Assembly: GCF_000142905.1 (NCBI RefSeq)
Contig: NW_013657652.1
Span: 325,114-389,113, forward strand
From: Thecamonas trahens ATCC 50062
Lineage: Eukaryota; Protista; Apusomonadida
Length of the DNA: 64,000 bases
Reading direction: 5' to 3'
How positions within the stretch are numbered: the first letter of the stretch is position 1; the number at the start of each line of letters is the position of its first letter. The translations under genes were made by a program, and so were the position numbers. Below, in pieces: positions 21,670 to 33,275 of this stretch. The notes beneath the pieces are model-generated. The model made no database searches. It had not been told where the DNA came from and saw nothing but the letters and a program-made list of their open reading frames with translations.

Positions 21670-24600
21670 ATGGAAACGGTTGATCCGGCAGAGCTCGACC
21701 TGTTCTGTCGCGAGTGCGACATGCGCTTCGACTCGGCGGCCAAGCTCGCCACCCACAAGCGCAAGTTCTGCGTCGACTCGGTCTACGGTGATCCACAGGC
21801 GCTGCAGGCCAAGCTGCGGGCCGGGGAGAAGCTCGGACCAGGCGTCTTTGACTTTGAGGCTGTCAAGGCGCATCTCGCGCGCGACGGCAAACGCGACCCG
21901 CTCATTGCCAAGTCGGCGGTCGGCGACGTCCGCGCCACTCTCCGCTCGTCGGCCACCGACGTCGACAAGATGCACGCCCACCTCATTTCGCAGCGCCAGA
22001 AGGAGCACGTCGAGGAGCTTCGCAAGCTCAAAGTCGAGCAGGCACGAATCCGCTCCGAGCGCCAGTCCGAGGAGACCAAGTTGCTCAACAAGCTCAAGGA
22101 GCTGGAAGAGCTCAAGGTCACCGAGCTCCGCGATCGCATGGACCGCGAGCGCGCCCGCCGCGAGTTGGAGAACATCGACCGCTCGCGGCTGACTCAAATT
22201 GAGCGTGAAAAGGAGGATGAGCTGCGTCGGCTCGAGCGCGAGCGTGCCGAGCTCGATCGGCGCGAAGCCGCCATCCAAGACGAGATGGAAGCACTGCAGT
22301 CGCGCATCGCCTCGGCCGCCGACCGCCACACCGCGAATCGAGCGCAGATGGACGAGATCCTGCAGTCGCCGGTCCGCAAATCGGCCAAGGCCACCGGCGG
22401 TGAGCTTGCTTCGCCGCGCGACAAGCTCGCTGCCGTTCGTCAGGAGCGCGCCGAGCAGCGCGGCGCAAAGTCTGCACTCGCCCAGTCGCGCCACCAAAAG
22501 CTGCTCGAGGAAAAGCAGCGCTTGCTAGCCCGCCTCGCTGAGCTCGAGGCGGCCGATCCCGAGGCCGATGGCCCGCCGCTCGACGCCCTCGTCGACGACC
22601 TCGCCAAGCGCCAGGCGAACGAGGCCCAGCGCCTCCGCCAGCTCCGCGCCACACAAGCCCGCCAGCTCGAGAAGGAGCGAGCGGCCACGCTCGACCTCGA
22701 TCAGTTTGAGGTTGAGATGGCCGACAATACCCGCGGCGGACTCGATGCCGGCATCTCCGAAGACGTCTACGCCACCGAGTTGACTTCGGCCCACCGCCAA
22801 GCTGACGATGCGCTCAAAGAGATCCTTGCTGCCGAAAAGGCCAAGGCTCGCTCGCTCGAGCAGCAAGTCCACGCCAAAGAGGAGGCCCGCCTCCAGGCCA
22901 TTCGCGAAATGGAAGCTCGCGAGCGCCGGACAAAGGAGGAGCTCGAGCGCAAGCACCAGCGCGAGCTCGAGCGCTTGCGAGAGGAACCGCCGCCGGCGCG
23001 CTGGCTGCTGCATCCGAGGCCATGGCTCCAGTGCAGGCGCAGGCCTCACCACGGCCGACCACCAGCTCGGGCTCTGCCCGCCTGTCTCCGCCTGCTGCAG
23101 CACCTTCGCGGCTGCCGGACGCAAGTCCGACCTCGCCACAGCTTGCAGAACTTCTGGCCGAAATCGAGAGTCTCAAGCGCTCGTACACGGCCTCGGGTGG
23201 CGCTCGTAGCGACTTGCTGGAGATCATCGAGGCTCTCGAGCGCGAAGCCCGCGGAATGGCAAGCGCCGCAGCAACGCCAGCGGCGGCGACAGCCCCGCTC
23301 CCCGCCGCCCCAGTCCAACTGCCGCCGGTTATGCCGGCAGCGCCGGGCTCAGCGGCGGCGTTCTTTGGCATGCCCGCACCCGCGCCGGTCTACACCCCGG
23401 GCCTCGGACCGATGTACCCGGGCATGATGGCGCTGGCGGATCCGATGCAAGACCTGCTCTACCGCAACGAGATGGAGAACATGCGACTGGCCGAGGAGAT
23501 GGAGGCGTTTCTCAACGAGAATGACGGCGGCAGCTCTGGCTGGCGCGACGAGTTTTCCAGCAAAATGGACCGCATCTCGCGCCGGCTGGAGGCTGCTGCC
23601 GGCGGCGGCTCGGGCGGCGGCGGCAGCCGGTCGTCAGCTTCGGTTCTCGAGCTCCTGCGCGAGATGGAGGCGCTCGAGGCCGGCCGAGCGGGCTCCGGTG
23701 ACGACGAACTTCGTGCGCTCAAGCGAGAGCACCTGAAGGACATGATGATGCTCGAGTTTGAGAAGGAGAAGACCCGCAACGTCATTGAGCTCAATAAGCT
23801 GCGTATGGAGGGCGAGGCTGCGCTATTTCCGGACTCGGGCATGTACGCGCCGGACCCGACGCGAGTGAGGATGGACATGCACGCGGCCGCCGGTGGTGCA
23901 GGCCCGGCCGACATGGGATCGGCCGCCTACGACCCCGAGGATGGTTTTGCGCTCTACTGGGACTTTGTCGACGGCCTGCCAGCCGATGCACACCTTGTCC
24001 ATCTTGCTTTTGCCCTCTTTGACGGGCCCGACGCGAGGACGCCGATCAAGTCGGTGCCCGCCGTCGAGTCGGTGCTGGATCCGCTCGCTGCCGAGCCGGG
24101 CGCCCGCATTGCGGTCATCGACTCGAAGCGCCGCTTCCACCGGGTGCCTATTCTACCGGACCTTCGCATTATGGTCGAGGTTCAGCGGGTCGAGGACGAC
24201 GGCCATCCCGAGGCTGGCATCGAGCCGACCGTCTCTTCGATTGGCTGGGCGGTAGTGCCTGTCTTTATGGAGTCGCCGTACGACACGCACGGTCACATCC
24301 TCAACTCAGGCTATCTGCGTGTGCCGCTGCTTGCGCCGCCGGTCCACGTCGGCACGTCGTTTGGCGAACTCGCCTCGCTGCCCTCGGTTGCGCATGCCGC
24401 GCTCTACATCCGGCTCTTTGCCCCCGAGTTCATCGAGAACCAGAACGCGCTCGAGCTCGACGCGTCGAACATGCGCTCCAACTACACATCGATGGCGTGG
24501 TCGGTCGGCCCGGCCATGACCGCCGCCGAGTATGCACGCGCACAGGCCGAAGCCTCTGGCTCACCCAACTGGGGCGCGCCGCTGGCCCATACCAGCGGCA

Positions 24601-26917
24601 GCGGTATCGTGGTCGATTCGGCCATGTCGTCCCGACCGGGTGCCGCCGACCAGCCACCGCTACCGGCCGGCGCTCAACCAACGAACGCTCCCGGCACGGC
24701 CTCGGCCTCGAGGCGACAGACATCGGGCGCTGCGTCGCGGCCAGCGTCGGGTGCCAAGCCGCCGCGCAAGTACTTGCCTTTCGGCCTCCGTCTCGTCTCG
24801 GCAACAGGCCTTTCGCTGGCGAGTGGTACGCTCCTCGCGGCTGAGGCCTCGATATCGCGACTTGACGAGCTGGGCAGTGTTTCACGGGCTGGCCCGCCAT
24901 CGGCGGCGACGACCGCGTCGCGCAAAACTGCATCCTCGCAGGTTTGGCGCCTCAAGCCGAGCGAGACCTCTGGTGGGAGTCTCGCATGGGGCGCGCGGCA
25001 CGAGTTTCTGCCGCTCCGCGCCTCCGAGTCGAAGCTCCTTGTTGTGCGGATTATCAAGCGCGACTCGGGCGTCGAGCAGAACGTGGCGTGGGCGTACACG
25101 CCACTCTTCCAGTACAACGCCAACGACGAGCTGGTTGTAGCCGAGGGCTCGCTCACGCTTGCGCTCTTTGAACCGCCGATGGTGGTCCCGCCCGAGCCCG
25201 GCGCTGAGCTGGGACCACTCGGCAAGCTCTATCTCGAGGTGTACAACCCCGAGTCGGCCGACGCGGCGCTGATGGGTGAGGACGTGGCAGGCGTGGCACG
25301 TAAGGCCTGGATGCGGGTCGAGCTCCCGCTGCCCGACATGTCGGACGCCAATTTGTCAAGCCGGGCGACGGCTTTGACGTGTACATTGATGGTGCGAGGT
25401 ATCTTCCTGACAACGTGACCGTGACCCGGGCGGTGGGGCGGGTCTTCACGTCGTCGTACGACCAGCCGTGTCCCAACCTCACTGCCGCCTCGCACATCGA
25501 GCTTGACGCATCGGTGTACTCGCCAAAGTACTCGGCGCACGCCGCGTTCCGTGCTGCCGTCTTTGACCCGACGTCGACGTTGCTGGTCAAGGTAACCACC
25601 GTCGACCGGACAAACGGGAATGTGGCTACCGTCGGGTACGCAGCGCTCAACTTGTTCCTAGTTGTCGACGCGGCGACACGCTTTGATCAGCCGTTGCACT
25701 CCGAGTCCGAGTTTGTGCTCAATGACGGTGCTTTCCAGCTCCCGCTGCACATGGGTGGGCCAAACACTGACCTCGCGCTCTCCGGCAAGTCGCTGGCGTC
25801 GCACAAGCGCGTCCCGTGCGCCACCATTCTTGTCCGCGTCACCAAGGCGCCACGCGGCTCGGACGGCAAGCTTCTCTCACGGGCCGAGCTCCCCGCGGAC
25901 GAATGGGAGGCGGCTGGGCTTGCCGTCCCAGCGCCGGCGTACGAGAGCGGAGCTTACGACTCGACCGGAGCAGTGCCCGAGGGATCGGAGACTAAGCTGT
26001 ACAAGGCCAAGGTGGAGAGCGACGCGACGGCGGCTACGACCATCCGCGAAATTCTTGTCCCGCTTGGCTACATGGGCTCACTCTCCAATGACGACGAAAT
26101 CCAGGTCTGGCTCGCCGAGCGGCTCAAGCCGGAGCCCAACGCGCCCGAGGTCCTCCTGGACTACGCCTTTCTTGCCCGCTACGTGCCCGAGCTCGGGTTC
26201 CGGGTTGCTGTTGATGGCGCACTCAACCTGCCCAAGATCCTTACCAAACGTGGCTCTGGCTGGTCTGCGGCGCTCTTCTCGCTCTCGCCGCCGGCATCAC
26301 TCTACCATCCGACTACACCGCTTACGTCCGGCGCCGAGTTTACCACCCAGCGCGACTTTACCTCGACCATCCGCTGTCCGCGGTGGAGCGACGGATACAA
26401 GAACTTCCGCAATGTCGAGTACAACCCGTACCTAGTCGTTGTCATTGAGGTCTTTGGCGTCGGACTCAAGAAGAAAAAGCGCGGTGAGCTTGTTCCGTGC
26501 GGCTGGTCCATCCTCCCGGTCTTTACCGCTCGCGACCAGTACGTCCAGTCGGGCGCGTATCGCATCCCAATGTTCCAGGGCCGGCCCTCTGCGGGCATTC
26601 TTGAGCGAGTCTTCCGCCAGCCGGCCTATGACGTGCTCCAGGACGCCATGGCCGCCAAAGAGGTAGTCCCAGTCAAGGGCGCGTCACTCCTTGTCCGCGT
26701 CGTTGACGATCAGCGCGACGACGAGTATCGCGAGCCGCGTAACCACGTGTTCGAGCCGTTCCTCTCGGCCGTCGGCAAGCCTCAAAAGTACGTATCGCAG
26801 GTCAAGTCCAAGCCGCTCCGCACGCTCGTCCCCAAGGGCTCCACGCCGCTCGAGTGGGAGTCGGAAGCCAACCAGGTCTTTGCCGACGCCATGGGATTGA
26901 CCCACTATCGCTTTTAG
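21670..26917 (+). CDS. CCDC17: CCDC17-like protein (N-terminal zinc finger, coiled coils, C2-like domains); two frame breaks
   Basis: LFCRECDMRFDSAAKLATHKRKFC and YDPEDGFALYWDFVDGL resemble CCDC17 segments. ORFs 21670-23427, 23022-25418 and 25379-26917 join by -1 shifts near 22985 and 25352. Confidence 0.75.
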
Positions 26918-27723
26918 TCGTTGGCTCGGTCTTTTCAGCGTGACGCGGCTTGCATGCCGCATGGGGACTCACGCTGGCGCAGTAAGGATGTGGAGAGCCG
27001 GACCGAGCACTCATCGCCGGCGCGAAACAAGCCATGATGGGGCAAGTCACCACTCCAAGCACAACGTCACCATAAAAGAATGCGTGACCAGCTCTAGACG
27101 CGCAAGCTGGGCCAGTGTTGCATAAGATCCACCTGTGCTTGGCATCAGATGAGGCTCGGGCACTGGCACTGGGCATGTTCTCGCATCCGCTCGGCACAGT
27201 CCCGCACCCCAGATTTCTCGCAGCGGCCACAAATAATCAACCCTTTACGGCAATGAATAGCCAATCAAAAGTCGAAGCATCAATTTTTACACTCCCCTGT
27301 CAATGCCGCAGCTCAAGCAGATGGCCACCACAGAATGCACACCTCCACTCCCCCCTCCCCCCCCCCCCCCCCCCCCGTACATCGGAACCAGTATTCGCTC
27401 CAACTCGCCTCCATCACGACCGTCATTGCCGATGTACCATGCTTCAGGATGCTGGTGGACACGCCTCGTCCGGCTTCACCACAGAACAATGAACTGCGAA
27501 ACTAGCGGATACACAATATGCTCACCGAAATTCGCCGCGAGTTGCCGCGGCATGGCGTTTGTATTGCGCTCCCCCCTTACCCTAGTTGTAGACACACTCT
27601 TCACCCCCTAGAACCCACCCCCCTCGTCTCCCCCCCCTCCCTCCCTCCCTCCCTCCACTCCCATTCCATTCCACCCTTATACACCACCATCTTCCTACAT
27701 CACCCGCTTCCTGCCCGCATTCT

Positions 27724-30700
27724 ATGTGGTCAGGACCGCAAAGGCTCGTGCTGGCGAGTCGGCCGGATGGGCTGTTACGCGTGGTGACTCTTTTCGTCGC
27801 ACTTGCCCTCGTCATGTCGAGCTGTCACGCGACAGCGGTGCCCAAGACCCTCACTGTGAGCGTGGGTACCAGCAACACGGCCCTCAATGCGATTCCCGGT
27901 GGCGCGTATGACACTATTTCAGGCACAAAGTACGAGATCGACGAGTATAACCTCGCTCTCGGTGCTTCCTTTGGCGCAAATGCCATTTCCTCTACCACCG
28001 GCCGGTACTGGTTCGAGCCAGGCACAACGAGCCTGGAGTTTCAAAAGTTCCAGCTGGATTCTGCGACGACGCTCTTGGTCTCGTACTCACTGGAGGCGGT
28101 GTCCGAGATCTCTAAGCCGCTCACAGTTTCGCCGTGGACGGACAACGGGGCGCTCTCAACGCTCTCGTTTTCGGCGCCGATCTCGATCGCAGCAACGTCT
28201 GGTAACAACGTGGTCGTCTCGAGCAGCAACATCGCGAGCATGTTCAGCGCGCTTGTGGAGGAGTCTAACTTTGACGAAGACCATTTGGTGCTCAGGATGG
28301 CACAGGATGGGTCAACGTGCTCTGGTACGTGCCGCATCTTTTTGCCCATCAACATTCACCTGACTTACTACGAGGTGTGCCCCCCTGTGACGTTTGCGTC
28401 GGGTACCGCGAGCAACGCGCGCACCGGAGCCAACTTTGCGGCGGTGAGCGAGGCTGTGACTGTGGGATGTACCGGCGGTATGTATCTGTCTGGCGCACCG
28501 AGTGGCGAGGTCGTCTGTCTCGTCGACGGATCATACATGCCACCTGTGGCTGGACTGGCTTGCTCACCGACATTGCCGCCGCCGTCACCACCACCGCCGT
28601 CACCGCCATCCCCCCACCCCCCCACCGCCGCCGTCACCCCCACCTCCGCCACCGTCCCCACTGCCGCCTCCTCCACCACCACCGCCGTCGATCGCCCCGT
28701 CGCCGACCCCTGCTGAGTTCTTCCTCGCGCCGTCGTCGGCTCCGCTGGAGGGCGGACTCCTCCACGTGCTCTGGCACTCCCAGGCCGAGTTCTTGGCGCG
28801 GACTACCTTCTCGTTCCGGCTCTCGGCCGATGTCGGCGCGCCGGACGCGCCTGCACCTGTCGAAGTCCCGGTCGAATGGAGCGCCGACCGCCATGCACTC
28901 GTCTTTACCTCACCAAGTACCAACTACACTGGGTACATGGACCTCGAGCTGAGGCGGTACAATGCAAGCAGCGGTGCAACCGCGGGCGTGTTTGGCCTGG
29001 GCGGCCTGCTGCAAATTGTTGACCATGGTTGCTTTGCACCTGGATCGGTGCACTACGACGGCAGGTGCCAGTCGTGCACCAAGTTTCCCGGGGCATATTG
29101 TCCGGGCGGGTCGCGGATGTGGCCGCTGCCTGGCTACTGGTCACCAAATGAGGAAACGCCACCGACGCGGTGTCGAGTGGCACAGGCATGCCCTGGAGCC
29201 GTAGGCGGCGCCGGATGTCGCCGATCAACGCGCCGGACGGAACGCGGCTGACAAGCGTGTGCGCTGAGGGCTACGCGGGTGAGTTTTGCGCGGTGTGCGC
29301 GAGTGGGTACTTTGCTGACAACGGCGTGTGTCGGTCGTGCGGAAGCGACGACTCCGCGCGGGCGGATCTTGCGATTGTAGTCATTACGGCGGGAGCCTTT
29401 GTGGCGATTGTTGCGACGTCGCTTGCGACATTGTCGGCGCGGCGGCTGGTGCAGGGCATTTCAACGCTACTGCTGGTGCAGCAGGTGGCGATGGCGTCTC
29501 GTATCGGACTGCAGCAGCTTGACGACGAGTCGACGCCGGCGTGGGCAGCAGCACTTGTGCGAATTGCGGCGACGATCAACTTTGAGGTGGAGACGGTCCG
29601 GCCTGGATGCACCGTGCCGCGAATCTCGTTTGTGACGGTTTACGTGGGAACGCTCGCCCTCATGGCCATGGCTGCGTGTGTCTTTGTCACTGCCGTTCTC
29701 CTGCGCATCGTCACAAAGCGGATGCGACTGCCGGTCGGACAGCTTTCTGCGATTTCGCTCATTTCCGAGTCCTCGGACTCTCTTGGAAGCCCGAGCTCGA
29801 TACTGAGCCACTCTTCAACTTTATCTTCATCGTCATCTTCAACCTCGTCATCGACGTCGTCATCCCGCGACCACGTGCCGGTCATCACCGTCTCCGAGTC
29901 GCGCGAGCGACGCAACTCGATCCTCTATGCCAGCCGTGAGTCTGATGCTATCTCGTTGGTCGAGCTACCGGAGTTTCCTTCTGTGGCTAGTCGTGGCAAG
30001 AGCCGACGTCGCCGTCGCAAGCGGCGAAACGGAGATAAGGCCGCTTTCCCATCGATCGCCGAGGTGGAACAGCAGGAGGAAGCCCTGGTCGTGGCGCACG
30101 ATGCCAAGGGTGACATTGTGGTCGTGTCATTCCGGGCGCGGCTCGTGCACGCCATGATTATCTTGGCTGCGATCGCATACTTGCAGGTGTGCGTGCGATC
30201 GCTACAGGGCGTGTATTGCGTCCGAGTCGGCGACGGCTCGCTGCGGCTTGCGGTCGAGCTTCCTGTCCGGTGCTATGAGGGGACACACCTCGCACTGTCG
30301 GTCATGATCTGGCCGATGGTTGTGCTCTTCTGCGCCGGCTTTCCGGCCTTTGCACTCACGATGGGCCTGCGGGCGGATGCAGTATCGCGGTCTGCTCACG
30401 TCCGCGAGCTGCTGCGGGAGCGGTACGGTGTGCTCATCCGCGGGCTCAGGCCTGGGCGGCAGTGGTTCCGGGCACTGCAGTTTGTGGTGACACTGGCGTT
30501 TGCGAGTGAGACGGTATTCATCGTCGAGCCTGCGACGCGGCTGTTTGCGGCAGTGCTCAACTTCTCGCTCAACCTTGTGCTGATGGCACTTGTGGATCCG
30601 TTTGAGGACAAGCTGCACACGATGCTCTCGTTTGCGACAGGTTTGTTCTCGTGCGCCAAGATCTTGTACTTTGTGTGGCGCGAGACGTCTGGCGGGCTGC

Positions 30701-31662
30701 TGTTTCTGATTGCGCTCGCGATTGTGGTCGTACTCTCGAGCTTTGCGCTCACGCTAGCAGTGTGGAACATGCTACGGCGGACGCAAGCACTGGCCAGAGT
30801 CCACACGGTCGAAGCTGGGCTGACCGGGACAGCGTCCGTTGCCGCCGCGCCTGCGATGACCGGGATGGCAGACGGGTCAAGTAAGGACCAGCCAGAACGC
30901 CAACGCTCTGTGTCACTGACCCGAACCGCATTCGACGTTGTTCTCGACTCGGACGGCGATCTCGGAATGGCATCAAACGAGATGGACGAAAGCTCGCTCT
31001 CGCGAGCCGGTACCGCCTGCAGCATCGTTGACGACGCCTCGGCGGCTCAGGCCAAGTCGTCTCCGACGCTCCACCCTCCGGCTGCTGGCCGTGGGAAGCT
31101 CAAGCGCAACATAACCATGTTGACGAGTATCGGCCGTCTCAGGCGCGAGAGATCAACTCGAGCCGCCCGGGCCGGGATCAGCAGACGGTCTACCTCGGGT
31201 AACGTTTCGGGCAACACTTCGGGCAACGTCTCGAGTGAGATCTCGGGCGAGATCGCCGATGTCGGGCGACTCTCGCGTATTCGCTCGGAACAGGCGAGCC
31301 CAACGAGGCGTCGCAAGCGGCGGTCTACCATCAAGCTCAAGCCAAAGCCCGAGTTTGTTCCACCCATGTCGTCGATATCGCTTGTATCTCTCACTCAACC
31401 TGACGACAAGCTCGACCGCGAGCTTGGTGATGATCTCAACGCCATTTTTGAAGCTCAGGTTGCGGCGCGGACGCCGTCGCGATTGTCGTCAAGCAGTTTG
31501 CAAACGCGGAGGCAGACGCTCACACCGACCGAGTCGTCGTCACGATTGTCGTCGGGTAATTTGCAGACGCGGAGGCGGACGCTAACGCCGACAGAGTCGT
31601 CGTCGTGTCCGTCGTCAAGCCAGCAGCGGCGGCGCGTGCGCCGTCGCAAGATCAGCCCATAA
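27724..31662 (+). CDS. Cell-surface receptor-like protein: signal anchor, Sushi-like module, poly-Pro stalk, IPT-like and Cys-rich regions, multi-pass TM domain, long Ser/Arg-rich tail; two frame breaks
   Basis: CPPVTF..C..G.YLSG....VC..DGSY....LAC; CPGGSRMWPLPGYWS; CAEGYAGEFCAVCASGYF; at least 8 hydrophobic helices. ORFs join near 28615 and 29213. Confidence 0.75.
31477..31602 (+). repeat. 63-bp tandem duplication in coding tail
   Basis: SRLSSSSLQTRRQTLTPTESS / SRLSSGNLQTRRRTLTPTESS. Confidence 0.9.
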
Positions 31663-31834
31663 CTCGTCACAGTGCGGTTGTTCGGGCGCGTCATAAAGTG
31701 CACACCACAACGCAAAACCGTTATGATGCCACATTGTGCGGGCGCCGCGCGCCACCCGATCGGGTCCTGCATGGCTACGACTTGAGGTGGGTATCATAGG
31801 ACGGGGCAGCGATGCTGTGTGCAAGAGAGAACGT

Positions 31835-33067
31835 TTACTGGCCAAGGGCGCGACGCTGGGCCTGCAGCTGGCGCATCATACGGTACTGGGCCTGGACCTG
31901 CGAGCGGACATGCTCGGGAGCGACCTTGCGCGAGGCCTTGGCAGCCTTCTTCGCTGCGCGCGAGCGCTCGCGCTTGGCGCGCTTAGCAGCTCGAGCTGAC
32001 TCCTCCGACTCCATAGCTGCACGAGCAGCCTGGGTCTCGTTGTGGGTGGCGATGCGGAGAGCCTCGGCGGCTCGGCGCCGCTTGCGGGCCTGGCGCTGCG
32101 TCATCCGCTCCTCAGATGCCGCACCGAGCGCCGAGTTGACAATTGCGACGTTGCGGTGGACGGCCGAGTCCTCACTCTCGCGGGCCTCCGAGACCCGCGT
32201 CTTCCACTTGGTCGGGATGTTGAGCTTGGGAACGGTCTGCGCGTGCTCGCCAAAGGCAACATCGTCGACAAAGTCGTCAAAATCTTTGTCTGGGCCGTGG
32301 ACCAGTTGCCGCCGCGCCTCGTTGAGCTCCTCAAGCTCGGCAACCTCGGCCTCCTCACGGGCGCTCAGCTGGAGATCGGCCTCATTAGTTCCGCGCAGGA
32401 CAGACGCGGCCTCGGCTTCGGCCTGCTCCAGCGCCTTCTCTTCAGCCTTGCGGTACTTGTTCCGCCGTGCGCTCGCCTTCTCGGCCACTTGCGCGTCCTT
32501 TTCGGCCCGTGCCTGCGCCTCGGCCGCCTTCTCGGCCTTCTTCTTGTCAAAGTACGCCTTGGTCTTCTGCTTCCGCTTCGTCGCCGCCTTGAACGCGGCG
32601 TAGAACAAGTTCTCGCGCGAGTAAGCATCATCCTTGCCACCCTTTCCGCCCTTTCCGTTGTCCTTGTCGCCCTTGCCGCCCTTGCCGCCCCTAGCCTTGC
32701 CCGCTCCACCGTCGCTGTCCGTGCGCGTTGTGCTTCCACCACCATTGTGTTCACGCTGTGCACGCATGAGGTTGCGCAGACTGCGCGGCAGTTGCTCCTC
32801 TATCCCCGGTCCCGTCATCGTTCCACACAATCCCCATAACCCTCTCCGCCGATGAGTCCCAAGCCCACCCGTTCTGACTACCATCCATCTCCGCTGGCCA
32901 TCCTGCCCCTCCCCCCCCCCGCCCCCCCTCCCCTCCCACCCCCCTCCCACACACCTTCCACTTCCCCACCACGTACCCTCTCTCTGGCTCGGAGGAGTCG
33001 GACCCTTGCGGGCGCTCTTGTACAGGTCAAACTTTTTGAGCTTGCGGTGCTTGGCGAGGCGGCCCAT
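31835..33067 (-). CDS. CCDC137-like basic coiled-coil (probably nucleolar) protein; intron 32800-32976
   Basis: MGRLAKHRKLKKFD start; DDVAFGEHAQTVPKL and RSQVQAQYRMMR resemble CCDC137 motifs; GTACGT...GATAG phase-1 intron. Confidence 0.7.
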   Translation of the reverse strand: MGRLAKHRKLKKFDLYKSARKGPTPPSQREGTWWGSGRCVGGGWEGRGGGGGEGQDGQRRWMVVRTGGLGTHRRRGLWGLCGTMTGPGIEEQLPRSLRNLMRAQREHNGGGSTTRTDSDGGAGKARGGKGGKGDKDNGKGGKGGKDDAYSRENLFYAAFKAATKRKQKTKAYFDKKKAEKAAEAQARAEKDAQVAEKASARRNKYRKAEEKALEQAEAEAASVLRGTNEADLQLSAREEAEVAELEELNEARRQLVHGPDKDFDDFVDDVAFGEHAQTVPKLNIPTKWKTRVSEARESEDSAVHRNVAIVNSALGAASEERMTQRQARKRRRAAEALRIATHNETQAARAAMESEESARAAKRAKRERSRAAKKAAKASRKVAPEHVRSQVQAQYRMMRQLQAQRRALGQ

Positions 33068-33275
33068 GGTGACAAAAGTGGGTAGAGAGAGAGAGAGAGA
33101 GAGAGAGAGCAGGGTGCCACCCGCGCTTGCGCCTGTGAAGCCACCGAGTGACACCACCGATGATGGCCCAGTCCGACCCGAGCCCATTCACCGCACCCCA
33201 TTTGGGCCTGAACTGGGTAGCCTACCGGCCATCTCACACACCACGCACGCATAACCCCCTGCCCATTCCCACACC

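Noticed and set aside
26918-27723. Possible ncRNA or tRNA in the longer intergenic regions (also 58405-58860)
   Set aside because: No cloverleaf, A/B boxes or snRNA motifs recognised by eye; a covariance-model search would be needed to exclude them.
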